58,036 nt of DNA. Origin: an uncultured archaeon. Its GTDB lineage: Archaea; Asgardarchaeota; Thorarchaeia; Thorarchaeales; Thorarchaeaceae. The position numbers and the translations under genes are program-made. Positions 19,423 to 29,777 of the stretch are shown here, in pieces (the stretch's first letter is position 1; the number at the start of each line of letters is the position of its first letter). The stretch lies in the NCBI GenBank assembly GCA_964610875.1, contig CAZSWP010000025.1, forward strand, positions 1-58,036. The letters run 5' to 3'. The notes under the pieces are model-generated. The model searched no databases. It worked only from the letters and a program-made list of their open reading frames with translations, and was not told where the DNA came from.

Positions 19423-20055
19423 ATGAAACCTGATGAGATACACGAAACTCTAGCTGGTAAATGGGACGATGGCACTCGCCCGAAGGACATCTATGCATTG
19501 TACATATCAAAGAATTCGAAGCCATTTATCAAGATAATAATTAACGGTCTGTCATCTGACACTCGTAGAGTACAGAGTGGATGCGCTGAATTAGCATCTT
19601 TTGTATCAGAATTTCATCCAGAACTAGTCAACCCATATGTGGACATATTCATAGAAAACGTGGAGGCAAAAGAGAAGGTTCTGAGATGGGAAGCTGTGTG
19701 TACTCTGGGAAATCTTGCAAGTATTGACACTGATGAAAAAATCATCTCTCAAATCGATAGGATTACGAATCATCTTGTTGATGATAGTATCGTCCTTCAG
19801 GGTCATACTGCAAAAGCGCTTGCAAAGATTGCAAAAGCAAATCCTGGTGCTGCACCTGGCATTGTGGATAGAATCATATCTTCAGCTCCGTACTTTGAAA
19901 GTAGCCGAGTCGGATTTGTAATAGAAGCGTTAGCAACATTGGGAGATATTGAGAAAGTCCGACCTCAAATCAGTAAGTTTGTTGAAAGCTATTTAGATAG
20001 TGATGTAAAGGTTGTTGCCCGAAAAGCTAAGAAAGCTCTCAAAACAATTCCCTGA
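19423..20055 (+). CDS. HEAT/ARM-repeat protein
   Basis: Repeated helical units (LRWEAVCTLGNL, VLQGHTAKALAKIA, VVARKAKKAL). Confidence 0.75.
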   Translation: MKPDEIHETLAGKWDDGTRPKDIYALYISKNSKPFIKIIINGLSSDTRRVQSGCAELASFVSEFHPELVNPYVDIFIENVEAKEKVLRWEAVCTLGNLASIDTDEKIISQIDRITNHLVDDSIVLQGHTAKALAKIAKANPGAAPGIVDRIISSAPYFESSRVGFVIEALATLGDIEKVRPQISKFVESYLDSDVKVVARKAKKALKTIP

Positions 20056-20067
20056 AGGAGATATATT

Positions 20068-21033
20068 ATGGACATCAGTGTGAACCATTCGGCCTTAGAA
20101 CTTGTTGAAGAACTCATAGATCAAAAAGACAAACTGAATTGTAAGATCATTGAGCAAAATAATGGTTCAACTGTAATTGATGCGGGCATCGGAGCTTCAG
20201 GATCAAGGGAAGCAGGAAGACTGATTGCTGAAATATGTCTAGGTGGTCAGGGTGCTGTTCGGTTTACAACCGTAAGTTTTGACGCATTTGATATGCCTGG
20301 TGTAGTTGTTGGAACAAATAGACCAAAACTTGCTACATTAGCATCACAGTACGCAGGCTGGTCCATCAAAGTTGATGATTTCTTTGCTATGGCTTCTGGA
20401 CCAGCTAGGTCTCTTGCAAGAGTAGAGAAGTTATTTGATGAACTTCAGTATCAAGATAACAGCAGTAAAGGTGTCTTGTTTCTCGAAACAAGAAATATCC
20501 CATCGGATAAAGTCACTGAATATATTGCAGATAAGTGTAATATCTCTCCATCTGAACTAGTTTGTATTGTTGCTCCAACAGCATGCGATGTTGGCTCTAT
20601 TCAGATTGCTGCCCGAATTGTCGAGGTTGGTGTACACAAATTACATGAATTAGGTTTACATCCAGATAAGATATGTACCGGACATGGAATTGCTCCAATT
20701 GCTCCTGTAGCAAAAAAGGACAGTCATGCTATGGGTTGGACTAATGACTGTATTCTCTATGCAGGAAGAACTTTCTTCAATGTGCGTCTGGATGAAACTG
20801 ATGACATGGCGAGCATGATCAAACAAGCTCCTTCTATTGCATCCACACAATATGGGAAACCTTTCTACAAATTATTCAAAGGATTTGGTTTTGAATTTTA
20901 CAAGGTTGACCCTATGCTGTTCAGTCCTGCAGAAGTGACTGTGACTGATATCACATCAGGTGCTATATACACTGCTGGCTCACTCAACATTTCAGTCCTA
21001 AAACAGTCCCTTGGTCTCCAGAATGAATTCTAG
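20068..21033 (+). CDS. mch: Methenyl-tetrahydromethanopterin cyclohydrolase
   Basis: SQYAGW, SGPAR, QIAARIVE, MGWTNDCILY and FYKVDPMLFSPA motifs. Confidence 0.95.
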   Translation: MDISVNHSALELVEELIDQKDKLNCKIIEQNNGSTVIDAGIGASGSREAGRLIAEICLGGQGAVRFTTVSFDAFDMPGVVVGTNRPKLATLASQYAGWSIKVDDFFAMASGPARSLARVEKLFDELQYQDNSSKGVLFLETRNIPSDKVTEYIADKCNISPSELVCIVAPTACDVGSIQIAARIVEVGVHKLHELGLHPDKICTGHGIAPIAPVAKKDSHAMGWTNDCILYAGRTFFNVRLDETDDMASMIKQAPSIASTQYGKPFYKLFKGFGFEFYKVDPMLFSPAEVTVTDITSGAIYTAGSLNISVLKQSLGLQNEF

Positions 21034-22478
21034 GTAACTCCCATCTCTTTGACTTCTTCCTGTTCCTTTTTACTTGCTGGAACAACCAGTTCTGTTTTTG
21101 GAATGGGGTATTTGAAGCCCTTGTAAATCAGAAGTGCGCCTGTCAATGAGATGAACCCCATCAATGCAAAGGTCAATGGAAAGCTGAATCTTGGAAGAAG
21201 CCAACCGAAGAATCCAATGAGTGGCATTGCACAGAGAATTGCGATTGTGGGTTGTAAGGAGTACATACTATTACGAATTCTATTTGGAATAACATCGATC
21301 ATTATCCGTTGATTGAGTACTCCAGCAATAGAACCACAAATCCCTGTAAGTACGAAAATGAAGACCATAATCGTCATAGGGATGACCGCCTGTGCTGGTA
21401 TTTCAATAATAGGGAGATTGATTATTGGTATAACAAGGCTTAGCACTTCAGGTGAATCAGGTATTGGAAAGATTAGCATTGTAATGGATAAGAGGATATA
21501 GAACACAAAACCTGAAAACTCCACCAACCTGAATCGCGGAATCCACTTCACTGGGTCGAATCGTTTCGCCCAGATACCACTTCTCTCCTGTGAGGCTGCT
21601 TGTGGAACAAATACAATGGTTCTATACGCTGATACTGCAACATCTGTTATGAGGTAAGAGAAATACAGTGGAAAGAGGACGAGTGACCACCAGACCGTTC
21701 CAATTGCCATCATTATCACCTGCCCAAAGATAGTGAAAGCAATGAACCGGTCCGAAACAAGGAAATTTGCTCCATCTTTCATAAGACCAAAATATTCCTT
21801 TACAGTCTTTGACTCACTCTCTTCTCTTGCTCCGGGTAGATCTCTAATGAGGAAATATATTGCAAAGGCAAGTGCTATGCTGAAAACTGATTGGAGTCGA
21901 AAAACCCAGGTCCTTCCATAGAGAAGGGCTAACCAACTACCAGGTATTAGAACTAAAGTAGAAACTGTCTGCCAGACAAAACCAAGTTTTCCCATGAAGA
22001 CTCCATATTGCTTTCGGTCAACATCATCAGGCATTGCTACACGATAATTGTTGTCAAACCACGCATTGAACGCTCCGCTCTCTTGTGACTGTCCAAAGCC
22101 AAAGAGACCGTATATGAGTGCAAACATCCAGAAAGGTGAGGTCTGGTCAACAATCGATGTGATATAGTACCCCAATGCATAACAGAACAATGCAGACATA
22201 ATCACCCATCGCTGTCCAATGTGGTCTCCCAAAGCACCAGTTGGGTAGTCAAATATGGTCTGGACTGCAAGTTGGATAATTACAAGTACTCCTACAAGTT
22301 CAAGCCCAAGGATGTAATTTCCGCCTCCAAGAGACTCAGCTATGTATATCATCCAAAAGGTTGTAGATATCATGAATGCAGCTGAGAATGATGGTAGCAG
22401 TACCGCCATTGTCTTTGCCAGACGGACTCCTGACTCAGTCGCGTCCTCAAGTCCAAATATTCTGGCAATAAGGCTCAT
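21030..22478 (-). CDS. MFS transporter (paralog 1)
   Basis: DYPTGALGDHIGQR motif A and about 12 TM helices. Confidence 0.88.
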   Translation of the reverse strand: MSLIARIFGLEDATESGVRLAKTMAVLLPSFSAAFMISTTFWMIYIAESLGGGNYILGLELVGVLVIIQLAVQTIFDYPTGALGDHIGQRWVIMSALFCYALGYYITSIVDQTSPFWMFALIYGLFGFGQSQESGAFNAWFDNNYRVAMPDDVDRKQYGVFMGKLGFVWQTVSTLVLIPGSWLALLYGRTWVFRLQSVFSIALAFAIYFLIRDLPGAREESESKTVKEYFGLMKDGANFLVSDRFIAFTIFGQVIMMAIGTVWWSLVLFPLYFSYLITDVAVSAYRTIVFVPQAASQERSGIWAKRFDPVKWIPRFRLVEFSGFVFYILLSITMLIFPIPDSPEVLSLVIPIINLPIIEIPAQAVIPMTIMVFIFVLTGICGSIAGVLNQRIMIDVIPNRIRNSMYSLQPTIAILCAMPLIGFFGWLLPRFSFPLTFALMGFISLTGALLIYKGFKYPIPKTELVVPASKKEQEEVKEMGVT

Positions 22479-22630
22479 AAAATCATCCTCGAAATTATTT
22501 TTAGTTGGAAGTGAAATTAATTGAACTTCGTGATATATTTAGCATTATGGATTAAAACAAAGTACTTCAAACACACATAGACTAAACTTTAACAAGAACT
22601 CGGTATGAACAGACGACCGAGGACCAATAA

Positions 22631-22909
22631 TTGAAAAGAATACAGATTAGATTTCGTGGCCCCATCTCCGAGAAACTAAAAGAGATGACTATTGAATTCC
22701 ATGAGAGCCCTCTTACAGTTAAGCAAGTATTCTCTTCGATAATACAATCCAACAACGAAATGGCAATAATATGGCCCTCTCCTGAAGTGTTAGATCGAGA
22801 CACTCTAATTCTCAAGAACGGAATAGATATTGGACTTTTAGAAGGTTTAGAATCACTCACAGAAAATAATGATGAGATTACAATACTTCCGTTGATTCAT
22901 GGTGGCTAG
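22631..22909 (+). CDS. Ubiquitin-like MoaD/ThiS/SAMP sulfur-carrier protein
   Basis: Beta-grasp size and ...DEITILPLIHGG C-terminus. Confidence 0.88.
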   Translation: MKRIQIRFRGPISEKLKEMTIEFHESPLTVKQVFSSIIQSNNEMAIIWPSPEVLDRDTLILKNGIDIGLLEGLESLTENNDEITILPLIHGG

Positions 22910-23433
22910 ACAAATTCTGTTCCCTTTCGAACTGCTTTGATGTTTATCTTGTGATACTTTTCAGGAACCATCTCTCTCACAGTATTTTCTAGTGCTTCTA
23001 ATGGAAAGATGTCTGCTTTCTTAGTGAGGGCACCAAGCATGATCATGTTTGAAACAAGACGCAGGCCTATCTCATCAGCGGTACGCATTGCTGGGATTTC
23101 AAGAATCTCATATTTACTTTTGATTGCTGAAGCATCTACTAAATCGGGGTCTATTATAACGATGCTGTTCTCCTTCGCATCAGCAATGTACATATCAAGT
23201 GCTTTTTGACTCATTGCAATTAAGATGTCTGATTTTCTCACTTTTGGATAGTGAATATCTCCATCACTCATAATGACCTCACTTTTTGCTGCAGTTCCAC
23301 GGGCCTCAGAGCCATAACTCTGACTCTGAACGACATTTAGTCCTCCATGGACCGCTGCAGCATGACCAATAAGCACTCCGGCAAGAACAACTCCCATACC
23401 TCCTGTACCTGCAATACGAATCTCTTTTCGCAT
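22906..23433 (-). CDS. korC: 2-oxoacid:ferredoxin oxidoreductase gamma subunit
   Basis: AGTGGMG, QSYGSEARG, NMIMLGA. Confidence 0.9.
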   Translation of the reverse strand: MRKEIRIAGTGGMGVVLAGVLIGHAAAVHGGLNVVQSQSYGSEARGTAAKSEVIMSDGDIHYPKVRKSDILIAMSQKALDMYIADAKENSIVIIDPDLVDASAIKSKYEILEIPAMRTADEIGLRLVSNMIMLGALTKKADIFPLEALENTVREMVPEKYHKINIKAVRKGTEFV

Positions 23434-23439
23434 TATAAG

Positions 23440-24285
23440 TCACTCTTCTACTCTTTTCATCATATTATCTAAGGTTCTAAGTAGTCCTGGGTTTTCTCTA
23501 TCCACAAAGATACCAAGGTCAATGCCTTTACGAGTAGGCACAGAATGCGTCAAAGGATCGTCTTTCTTTCTAACTGGGAGTGATTTGAACCACTTCAGAA
23601 ACGCTTGGACATCTCCTATTTTTGCCCGACGACCGTATGCAGTGGGACATTGGCTCAGCATCTCAATAAAGGAGAATCCCTCTCTCTCAAGTGCTGTCTT
23701 GATAGACCTCGCTGCCTGATTTGGATGTGCCGTGGTCCATCTAGCTACATAGTTTGCTCCAGCTGCTGCTACAAGTCTGGCTAAGTCGAAAGGACGCTCA
23801 GGATTACCATAGGGAGTCGTAGATGTAGTGTCTTCAGTGAAGGTCGTTGGACTGACTTGACCTCCGGTCATTCCATAATTGTAGTTGTTACTGCAGATGA
23901 CTGTCATGTCGACATTTCTTCGAGCTGCATGAATGAGATGATTTCCACCAATTCCTGCTATATCTCCATCACCTGAGATGACCACTACACGCAGTTCAGG
24001 TCTTGCAAGTTTCAGTCCAGTCGCAAACGCAAGAGCACGTCCATGGGTGGTATGAAGGGTATCAGCTTTGAAATGTGGAGATGGTATCCATGCCCCACAA
24101 CCAATTCCTGATACAAATGCGAATGCACTGAGGTCTTCGTGACCTAGATCGCGAACTGCTTTTAGAAATGCATTAATGGTGGTCCCATTGCCGCAACCGG
24201 GACAGAACACGGTACCTTCCTTTAGTGTTTCCCATCGGAGATATTGTAAAGATGGATGCCTATGTGTAGCAGTCATGGCAATCAC
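23440..24285 (-). CDS. korB: 2-oxoacid:ferredoxin oxidoreductase beta subunit
   Basis: FCPGCG, SGIGC, THGR, GDGD, YGMTGGQ. Confidence 0.92.
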   Translation of the reverse strand: MIAMTATHRHPSLQYLRWETLKEGTVFCPGCGNGTTINAFLKAVRDLGHEDLSAFAFVSGIGCGAWIPSPHFKADTLHTTHGRALAFATGLKLARPELRVVVISGDGDIAGIGGNHLIHAARRNVDMTVICSNNYNYGMTGGQVSPTTFTEDTTSTTPYGNPERPFDLARLVAAAGANYVARWTTAHPNQAARSIKTALEREGFSFIEMLSQCPTAYGRRAKIGDVQAFLKWFKSLPVRKKDDPLTHSVPTRKGIDLGIFVDRENPGLLRTLDNMMKRVEE

Positions 24286-24362
24286 TGAGTCTTCTGCCTT
24301 AGTAAGAGACTAATAACCAATTCCGTATGACTAATACTTATCCATCCAGTATTGACCAATAA

Positions 24363-25880
24363 TTAGTTCTCTTCTAGATCTCTGATGAAGGTGTCAAGTT
24401 CTCCTGAGAAGATATCATCAGCTCCTAAAATTTCCGCTTCAATGGTCTTCACTTCAGATGTTTCGATGAGAGTTTCGAGATCTTCCGACTTTGGAATTGG
24501 ATAGGAGAATCCCTTCTTCACGAGTAAGACTCCAACCAGTGTTATAACCCCACAGAGGGCAAATGTCAAGGCAAATCCATAGAGTGGTATAAACCATCCA
24601 AAGAACCAGATCATTGGTATTGCACAGATGATTGCTAACGTTGGTCTGAGTGAATACATACTGTTCCTAATCCTATTTGGTACAACATCCAACATGACTC
24701 TCTGGGTGAGAATATCTGCAAACGCACCAAAGAAGTCCCCTATTGTAAATGCAATTAAGAGAATCACCAGTGGTATTACAGAAACAACTGGCATCTCTAT
24801 CAATGGGAGATTGGTAAATGGAATCATTACCATAAACATCTCTGCTCCTTCTTCGGGTGGTGGAAAGAAATACACGTTCGCCGCAAGTACGAAATAGAAG
24901 AACATACTGCAGAATTGTACCAGCCTGAAGCGAGGTATCCACTTCACTGGATCGAAATGCTTTGACCATATTCCACTCCGTTCTTGAGCAATAACGTTAG
25001 GAACAAATGCAATTGTTCTGTATGCTGATACTGCGACATCTGTCAGTAAGTACAGAAAATAGAGTGGAAATAGCATCAGCTGCCACCAGAGTGTTCCTGA
25101 TGCCCACAGTATGACCTCTCCCAAGATAATCAATGTTATGAACGGGTCGGAAACAAGGAACTTCACTCCGTCCTTGAGTACTGCTACATAACCACCATTG
25201 GTTTCATTCTGTTCCTTTCGTATCTCCTCCACTTCTGGAAAGTCTCGAATGTATATCAGTACTACAATTGCTAAGATAACGCTAGTCACCGCTTGGACCT
25301 TGAATACCCATGTTCTCCCATAGAGCAGTGCGAGCCATGCTCCTGGTAGAAGTACAGCGGTAGCAATGATCTGGAATATCATTCCCATTCTGCCACTGAA
25401 TACACCGTACATCTTCCTGTCCTTGTCATGTGGCATTGCGACACGATAATTATTGTCAAACCATGCGCCCCAAGCTCCACTCTCCTGTGACGCACCTAAC
25501 CCGAAAAGGACATAGATTGCCACAAATATACTGAACGGGCTCTCTGGCGTAGCGATGGAGGTCAGCCAGAACCCAATCGCATAGCAGACAAGAGATGAAG
25601 CAATGACCCAACGCTGACCAATATGGTCTCCCAGTGCTCCAGTTGGATAATCCAACATGGTCTGAATGACTAATTGAATAATAACTAGAATACCGACTAG
25701 AGTGAGGCCTGCAATATAGTCCCCTCCCCCTAGCGATTCTGCGATGTAAATCATCCAGAAGGTTGTACTAATCATGAATGACACTGCAAAGACAGGTTCT
25801 AGGAAGGCAAGTATCCTGACTAGTTTGATTGCCTTTTCTGTGGGTTCTTCTAACCCAAAGAACCGTGAATACAGTGACAT
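24363..25880 (-). CDS. MFS transporter (paralog 2)
   Basis: Long stretches identical to 21030-22478 (FMISTTFWMIYIAESLGGG, WFDNNYRVAMP, PNRIRNSMYSL). Confidence 0.88.
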   Translation of the reverse strand: MSLYSRFFGLEEPTEKAIKLVRILAFLEPVFAVSFMISTTFWMIYIAESLGGGDYIAGLTLVGILVIIQLVIQTMLDYPTGALGDHIGQRWVIASSLVCYAIGFWLTSIATPESPFSIFVAIYVLFGLGASQESGAWGAWFDNNYRVAMPHDKDRKMYGVFSGRMGMIFQIIATAVLLPGAWLALLYGRTWVFKVQAVTSVILAIVVLIYIRDFPEVEEIRKEQNETNGGYVAVLKDGVKFLVSDPFITLIILGEVILWASGTLWWQLMLFPLYFLYLLTDVAVSAYRTIAFVPNVIAQERSGIWSKHFDPVKWIPRFRLVQFCSMFFYFVLAANVYFFPPPEEGAEMFMVMIPFTNLPLIEMPVVSVIPLVILLIAFTIGDFFGAFADILTQRVMLDVVPNRIRNSMYSLRPTLAIICAIPMIWFFGWFIPLYGFALTFALCGVITLVGVLLVKKGFSYPIPKSEDLETLIETSEVKTIEAEILGADDIFSGELDTFIRDLEEN

Positions 25881-26173
25881 ACGACATCATCTCACCTTAA
25901 GGGCTCAGTTTCTCTCCTGAAGTTCTTATAAAGCATTTAACATGAGCGCCATTAGGTGAAATATTCGTTTTACCAAGCACAATAATAGTTGAACTCTCAG
26001 AAATTCCGAGTTGAGTCTAATACGCATTCTGTATCAAAAATTCCATTAAAAGAAACGACAAAAATTAGCAGTTTGAATAGGAAATAAACCAATTCAACAG
26101 AGCACAGGTTTTAAAACGGGTAACATTCGCGACTGGAATTGTTTACATCTTTTACTTGTAAGGTGATAATAAG

Positions 26174-26611
26174 ATGTCAGATGTCGCAGCAATGAGAGCC
26201 TTCAACCGTGAAATGGCAGCGGTTATTGGCGCAACAATAGAAACCGAATTGACAAACGGTAAGAAATACTCTGGTACCCTTGTTGGTATTGACCAGAACA
26301 CACTGAGCATTATTCTCTCAGATGTTGTCGTTGGTGATAACGAGGGTTCACTTCCTAAGATATTCATCTACGGACCAAGCATTGTGTCCTTCTCAGTGGC
26401 TGAGAAAGAGATCACTCTTGAAGGTCTTGCTAAGGAACTTGAGAAGCAGTTTCCTCCTGGAGGAATTCAGTTTTTCCCTGATACAGGGATAATTGTAGTA
26501 ATGAACCGCATCAGAATTACACCAGAGGGCGTCGATGGTACGGGACCTCTCTATGAGCGCGTCCGCGATGTTGCAGAACCTTGGCTAAGAGAACGAGGAA
26601 TATTAGAATAA
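26174..26611 (+). CDS. Sm/Lsm RNA-binding protein with C-terminal extension (SmAP3-like)
   Basis: Sm1 motif (LTNGKKYSGTLVGIDQNTLSIILSD) plus a ~65-aa C-terminal domain. Confidence 0.85.
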   Translation: MSDVAAMRAFNREMAAVIGATIETELTNGKKYSGTLVGIDQNTLSIILSDVVVGDNEGSLPKIFIYGPSIVSFSVAEKEITLEGLAKELEKQFPPGGIQFFPDTGIIVVMNRIRITPEGVDGTGPLYERVRDVAEPWLRERGILE

Positions 26612-26796
26612 AGAATGGAAGCTTTGACCACTATTCTCTTGCCTGAAGTAGTGGTGACTAGGAAAATAGGTCAAATATCTACCAGCGACATCTGACATTT
26701 GTATTTGGTTAGATGTACTGAACGGCATGCCCTGTTATATTAGAGATGGATACAAAATAGAAATGAAATCAATGCATATCAGTCCCATCAATTCGG

Positions 26797-28068
26797 CTAG
26801 TCCAACAGTCTTCTAAGACCCAACTCTTGAAGACTCTTCTTTCTCTCATCTTGAGCTCGCTGTGGTCGCTCACCAGAAAGTCTTCTCTCAATCGGTTTCA
26901 ATCTCTCCTCCCATGATGTACGACCAATGGGTGGAATCTTGCCTAATGAACGAACTTCTGATTTTATTCTTCGAGGGTCAAGAGTGCCAGAATAGGGTGA
27001 TGTGATACCAAGGTCAGATAATCTTCGACGGCTTCTTGGGGCATCTTTCTCTTCTTGTGATCGTGCTAATAGCTGAGGACTCTTTACACCAGTTAGAATC
27101 AACATCACACGAAGCACTCCGGTCAATCGCGGGTCAACTCGTGCACCCCAGATGACATTAGCGTCCTTGCTCATCTTCTCAGATATCTTCTCACCAACAC
27201 CATTTGACTCTGCAAGCGACATATCAGGTCCTCCTGTGATATGAATCAAGGCTCCAGTAGCACCTTTCCACTCAACCTCTAAGAGTGGACTGTTCAAAGC
27301 GTTCTTTATTGCATCTTCAGCTCTGTTCTCTCCGGTTGCTTCTCCAAGTCCCACAAGTGCAACACCACCATTACAGATGATTGACCTTACATCTGCATAA
27401 TCCAGATTGATCAAGCTGGGCATGGTAATGGTTTCTGTGATTCCCTTTGTCATGCCTGCTAATACTTCATCCGCTACACCAAATGCCTCCTCAAGTGGCA
27501 GGTCTGGTACTAACTCCATTAGCTTCTGATTATCTATGACCACCACTGTGTCTGCGTACTCCTGAAGTCTTGCCAGTCCAGTCTTTGCTTTGTCTATCCT
27601 TGTTCTCTCAAGACTGAATGGCATAGTAACTACTCCCACAACGATTGCATCATTCCTCTTGGCAATCTCTGCAACAATAGGGGCACTTCCTGTACCTGTA
27701 CCACCACCCATACCTGCTGCGATAAAGACAAGGTCCGCGTCACGGAGCAGTTCTGTGAGTTTCGGGGCGGACTCTTCCGCTGCAGCTTGTCCTACATGGG
27801 GATATCCTCCTGCACCAAGCCCTCGCGTGATTTTCTCACCAATGAGTAATTTGCGATGTGCAGTGGTCACAGCCAAGTGTTGTTTATCGGTGTTGATAGC
27901 AATACACTCAGCTCCCTGCACACCAATGGTCATTAGGCGCTTCACTGTATTATTCCCAGCACCACCACAACCAACAACTACAATTCTTGCTTGACCTACA
28001 TCTCTCGTAGTTGAAGAATCTCGTTCAATACGGCTGTGTTCACGTGCAGAATCAAGTAACGATTTCAT
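26797..28068 (-). CDS. ftsZ: Cell division protein FtsZ (FtsZ2-type context)
   Basis: GGAGNN, GMGGGTGTG and T7 loop NLDYAD. Long basic C-terminal tail. Confidence 0.96.
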   Translation of the reverse strand: MKSLLDSAREHSRIERDSSTTRDVGQARIVVVGCGGAGNNTVKRLMTIGVQGAECIAINTDKQHLAVTTAHRKLLIGEKITRGLGAGGYPHVGQAAAEESAPKLTELLRDADLVFIAAGMGGGTGTGSAPIVAEIAKRNDAIVVGVVTMPFSLERTRIDKAKTGLARLQEYADTVVVIDNQKLMELVPDLPLEEAFGVADEVLAGMTKGITETITMPSLINLDYADVRSIICNGGVALVGLGEATGENRAEDAIKNALNSPLLEVEWKGATGALIHITGGPDMSLAESNGVGEKISEKMSKDANVIWGARVDPRLTGVLRVMLILTGVKSPQLLARSQEEKDAPRSRRRLSDLGITSPYSGTLDPRRIKSEVRSLGKIPPIGRTSWEERLKPIERRLSGERPQRAQDERKKSLQELGLRRLLD

Positions 28069-28247
28069 CCTATGACCTCACTGATTGTTTCACTCATGCC
28101 AGCTTTTCTCCCCCATAGCTCCTGCTTAAGCAAGTCACGAATTGCTATCCTTATTGCTTCGGAACGGTTAGGATAAAGACCCTTTTCTACTAGTGTCTTA
28201 ATATCCTCGAGGATTCTGTCTGGCAAGTGTACGGCAATTAGTCGCAT
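28065..28247 (-). CDS. cdrS: Ribbon-helix-helix regulator, CdrS-like
   Basis: VEKGLYPNRSEAIRIAIRDLL. Overlaps the ftsZ start, as in the archaeal cdrS-ftsZ2 operon. Confidence 0.85.
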   Translation of the reverse strand: MRLIAVHLPDRILEDIKTLVEKGLYPNRSEAIRIAIRDLLKQELWGRKAGMSETISEVIG

Positions 28248-28370
28248 GAGTAGTCCTCATCTCAAAGATACAAATACAGGGATATGGACGTGAGTATTAT
28301 CCACATGTAGTACAGGGACTTACTACCTTTTGATGAATTAACAAAAAATGTATAATGAGGGATTTCCCCC

Positions 28371-28565
28371 TCATTTCTTTGATTCAAGTACTTGCCAGCA
28401 ACCTTTGCAGATACCAGGCGCGGGCATGGTGTTTTCATTGACCCAATCTTTGCAGTTGGGTGCAATAATCAAAGTGCAACGTACCTTTTTGTGTGGATAA
28501 CGGAGGTTTCTAACTTCCCTGACACGGGTATTTTTGATTCCTCCACGACCTTTCTTATGTGGCAA
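28371..28565 (-). CDS. Putative small basic zinc-finger protein
   Basis: 64 aa, TTG start, C-x6-C-x14-C-x2-C motif, co-oriented upstream of cdrS-ftsZ. Confidence 0.5.
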   Translation of the reverse strand: MPHKKGRGGIKNTRVREVRNLRYPHKKVRCTLIIAPNCKDWVNENTMPAPGICKGCWQVLESKK

Positions 28566-28743
28566 ATATTGTATTATCCTACGATGGCCTCAAAGAGCAA
28601 CATCGTTAGCCTCTATAAGAGAAAAATGTCCAAAAAAAGACTTTCACAATTCACCTGATTTCTTGAGTATATATTAAGGTTTTACAGAATTTGATTGTTC
28701 ACTAGCAATCTACATGAAAATTACAACAGGAAAAGAGAATAAC

Positions 28744-28765
28744 AGAAGAGAGTTGCCTCTCTTCT
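28744..28765 (-). terminator. Hairpin after rpl2
   Basis: Perfect 9-bp stem AGAAGAGAG/CTCTCTTCT with a GCAA loop on the minus strand, followed by a pyrimidine run. Confidence 0.6.
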
Positions 28766-28773
28766 ATTCTGTA

Positions 28774-29493
28774 TTACTTCTTGCGACCCGTTCTTCGAGC
28801 GGCAATATTACCAACTTTTCGACCAGGTGGAGCATTCCTACTAACTGTACTTGGTCTACCCGGCGACTGGTGTGATCCACCACCATGTGGATGTGATGCA
28901 GCATTCATAGCAGCACCTCGCACTACGGGCCACTTTGTTGCCTTTACACGTGTTTGATGGTGTTTGTCTCCAGCTTTCAAGAACGGCTTTTCAGATCGAC
29001 CTCCGCCTGATACAATGCCAATTGTAGCTCTGCATCGTGGACTGAAGGCTTTCTGTGAACCACTTGGAAGTCTGACCATTGATTTTGATTTATCAGTCGA
29101 GATGATTGTAGCCGCTAAACCTGATGCTTTAACGTATTTTCCTCCATCTCCAGGACTTCCCTCGATATTGAAGATTGGTGTCCCCTCAGGAATGTATTGA
29201 AGCATGAGAGTGTTACCGTTATCCAAAGTCGCATCTTCACCACACTCGATCTGTTGACCTACGTATGCTCCCTCTGGAGCAACCATATAGTGAAGTTTCT
29301 CTTCACCTTCATATTTTATTTTGGCAAGTGGTGCTCCCCTTCCAGTTTCGTGAAGGAGTGCAGTGATTTTTCCGATATATGTCTTATCAGGAGCCCACTT
29401 AGGATGTCTCGCAGGAGCGATTTTCTTATGGCTTGGACTTCTCCATTGGGTTGTACCTCTTCCTTTCCTCTGCACTAAAATACGGCGTCCCAT
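28774..29493 (-). CDS. rpl2: 50S ribosomal protein L2 (uL2)
   Basis: MGRRILVQRKGRG; WPVVRGAAMNAASHPHGGG. Confidence 0.97.
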   Translation of the reverse strand: MGRRILVQRKGRGTTQWRSPSHKKIAPARHPKWAPDKTYIGKITALLHETGRGAPLAKIKYEGEEKLHYMVAPEGAYVGQQIECGEDATLDNGNTLMLQYIPEGTPIFNIEGSPGDGGKYVKASGLAATIISTDKSKSMVRLPSGSQKAFSPRCRATIGIVSGGGRSEKPFLKAGDKHHQTRVKATKWPVVRGAAMNAASHPHGGGSHQSPGRPSTVSRNAPPGRKVGNIAARRTGRKK

Positions 29494-29505
29494 TCAATCT
29501 CCTCC

Positions 29506-29766
29506 TTAGAATACTCCCAAGTTGGTCGCGACCTCTGCAGCATTGTATTCAGGTGCCAGTCGCACTAGTGCTTTCTTCATCCCATTAGGCATAATCATCG
29601 TGTTAATCTTCACTACGACAACATCGTAGAGTGTTTCAATTGCCCATCTGATTATGTTCTTGTTTGCTGTACGCAGCACGTAGAATGCAAGTTTGTTCTC
29701 GCTTTCCACACCTTCTAGGCTTGCTTCGGTGATTATTGGACGAATGACAATTTCATTTGGATCCAT
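29506..29766 (-). CDS. rpl23: 50S ribosomal protein L23 (uL23)
   Basis: PIITE, NKLAF, KKALVRL. Confidence 0.95.
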   Translation of the reverse strand: MDPNEIVIRPIITEASLEGVESENKLAFYVLRTANKNIIRWAIETLYDVVVVKINTMIMPNGMKKALVRLAPEYNAAEVATNLGVF

Positions 29767-29777
29767 ATCATATCACC

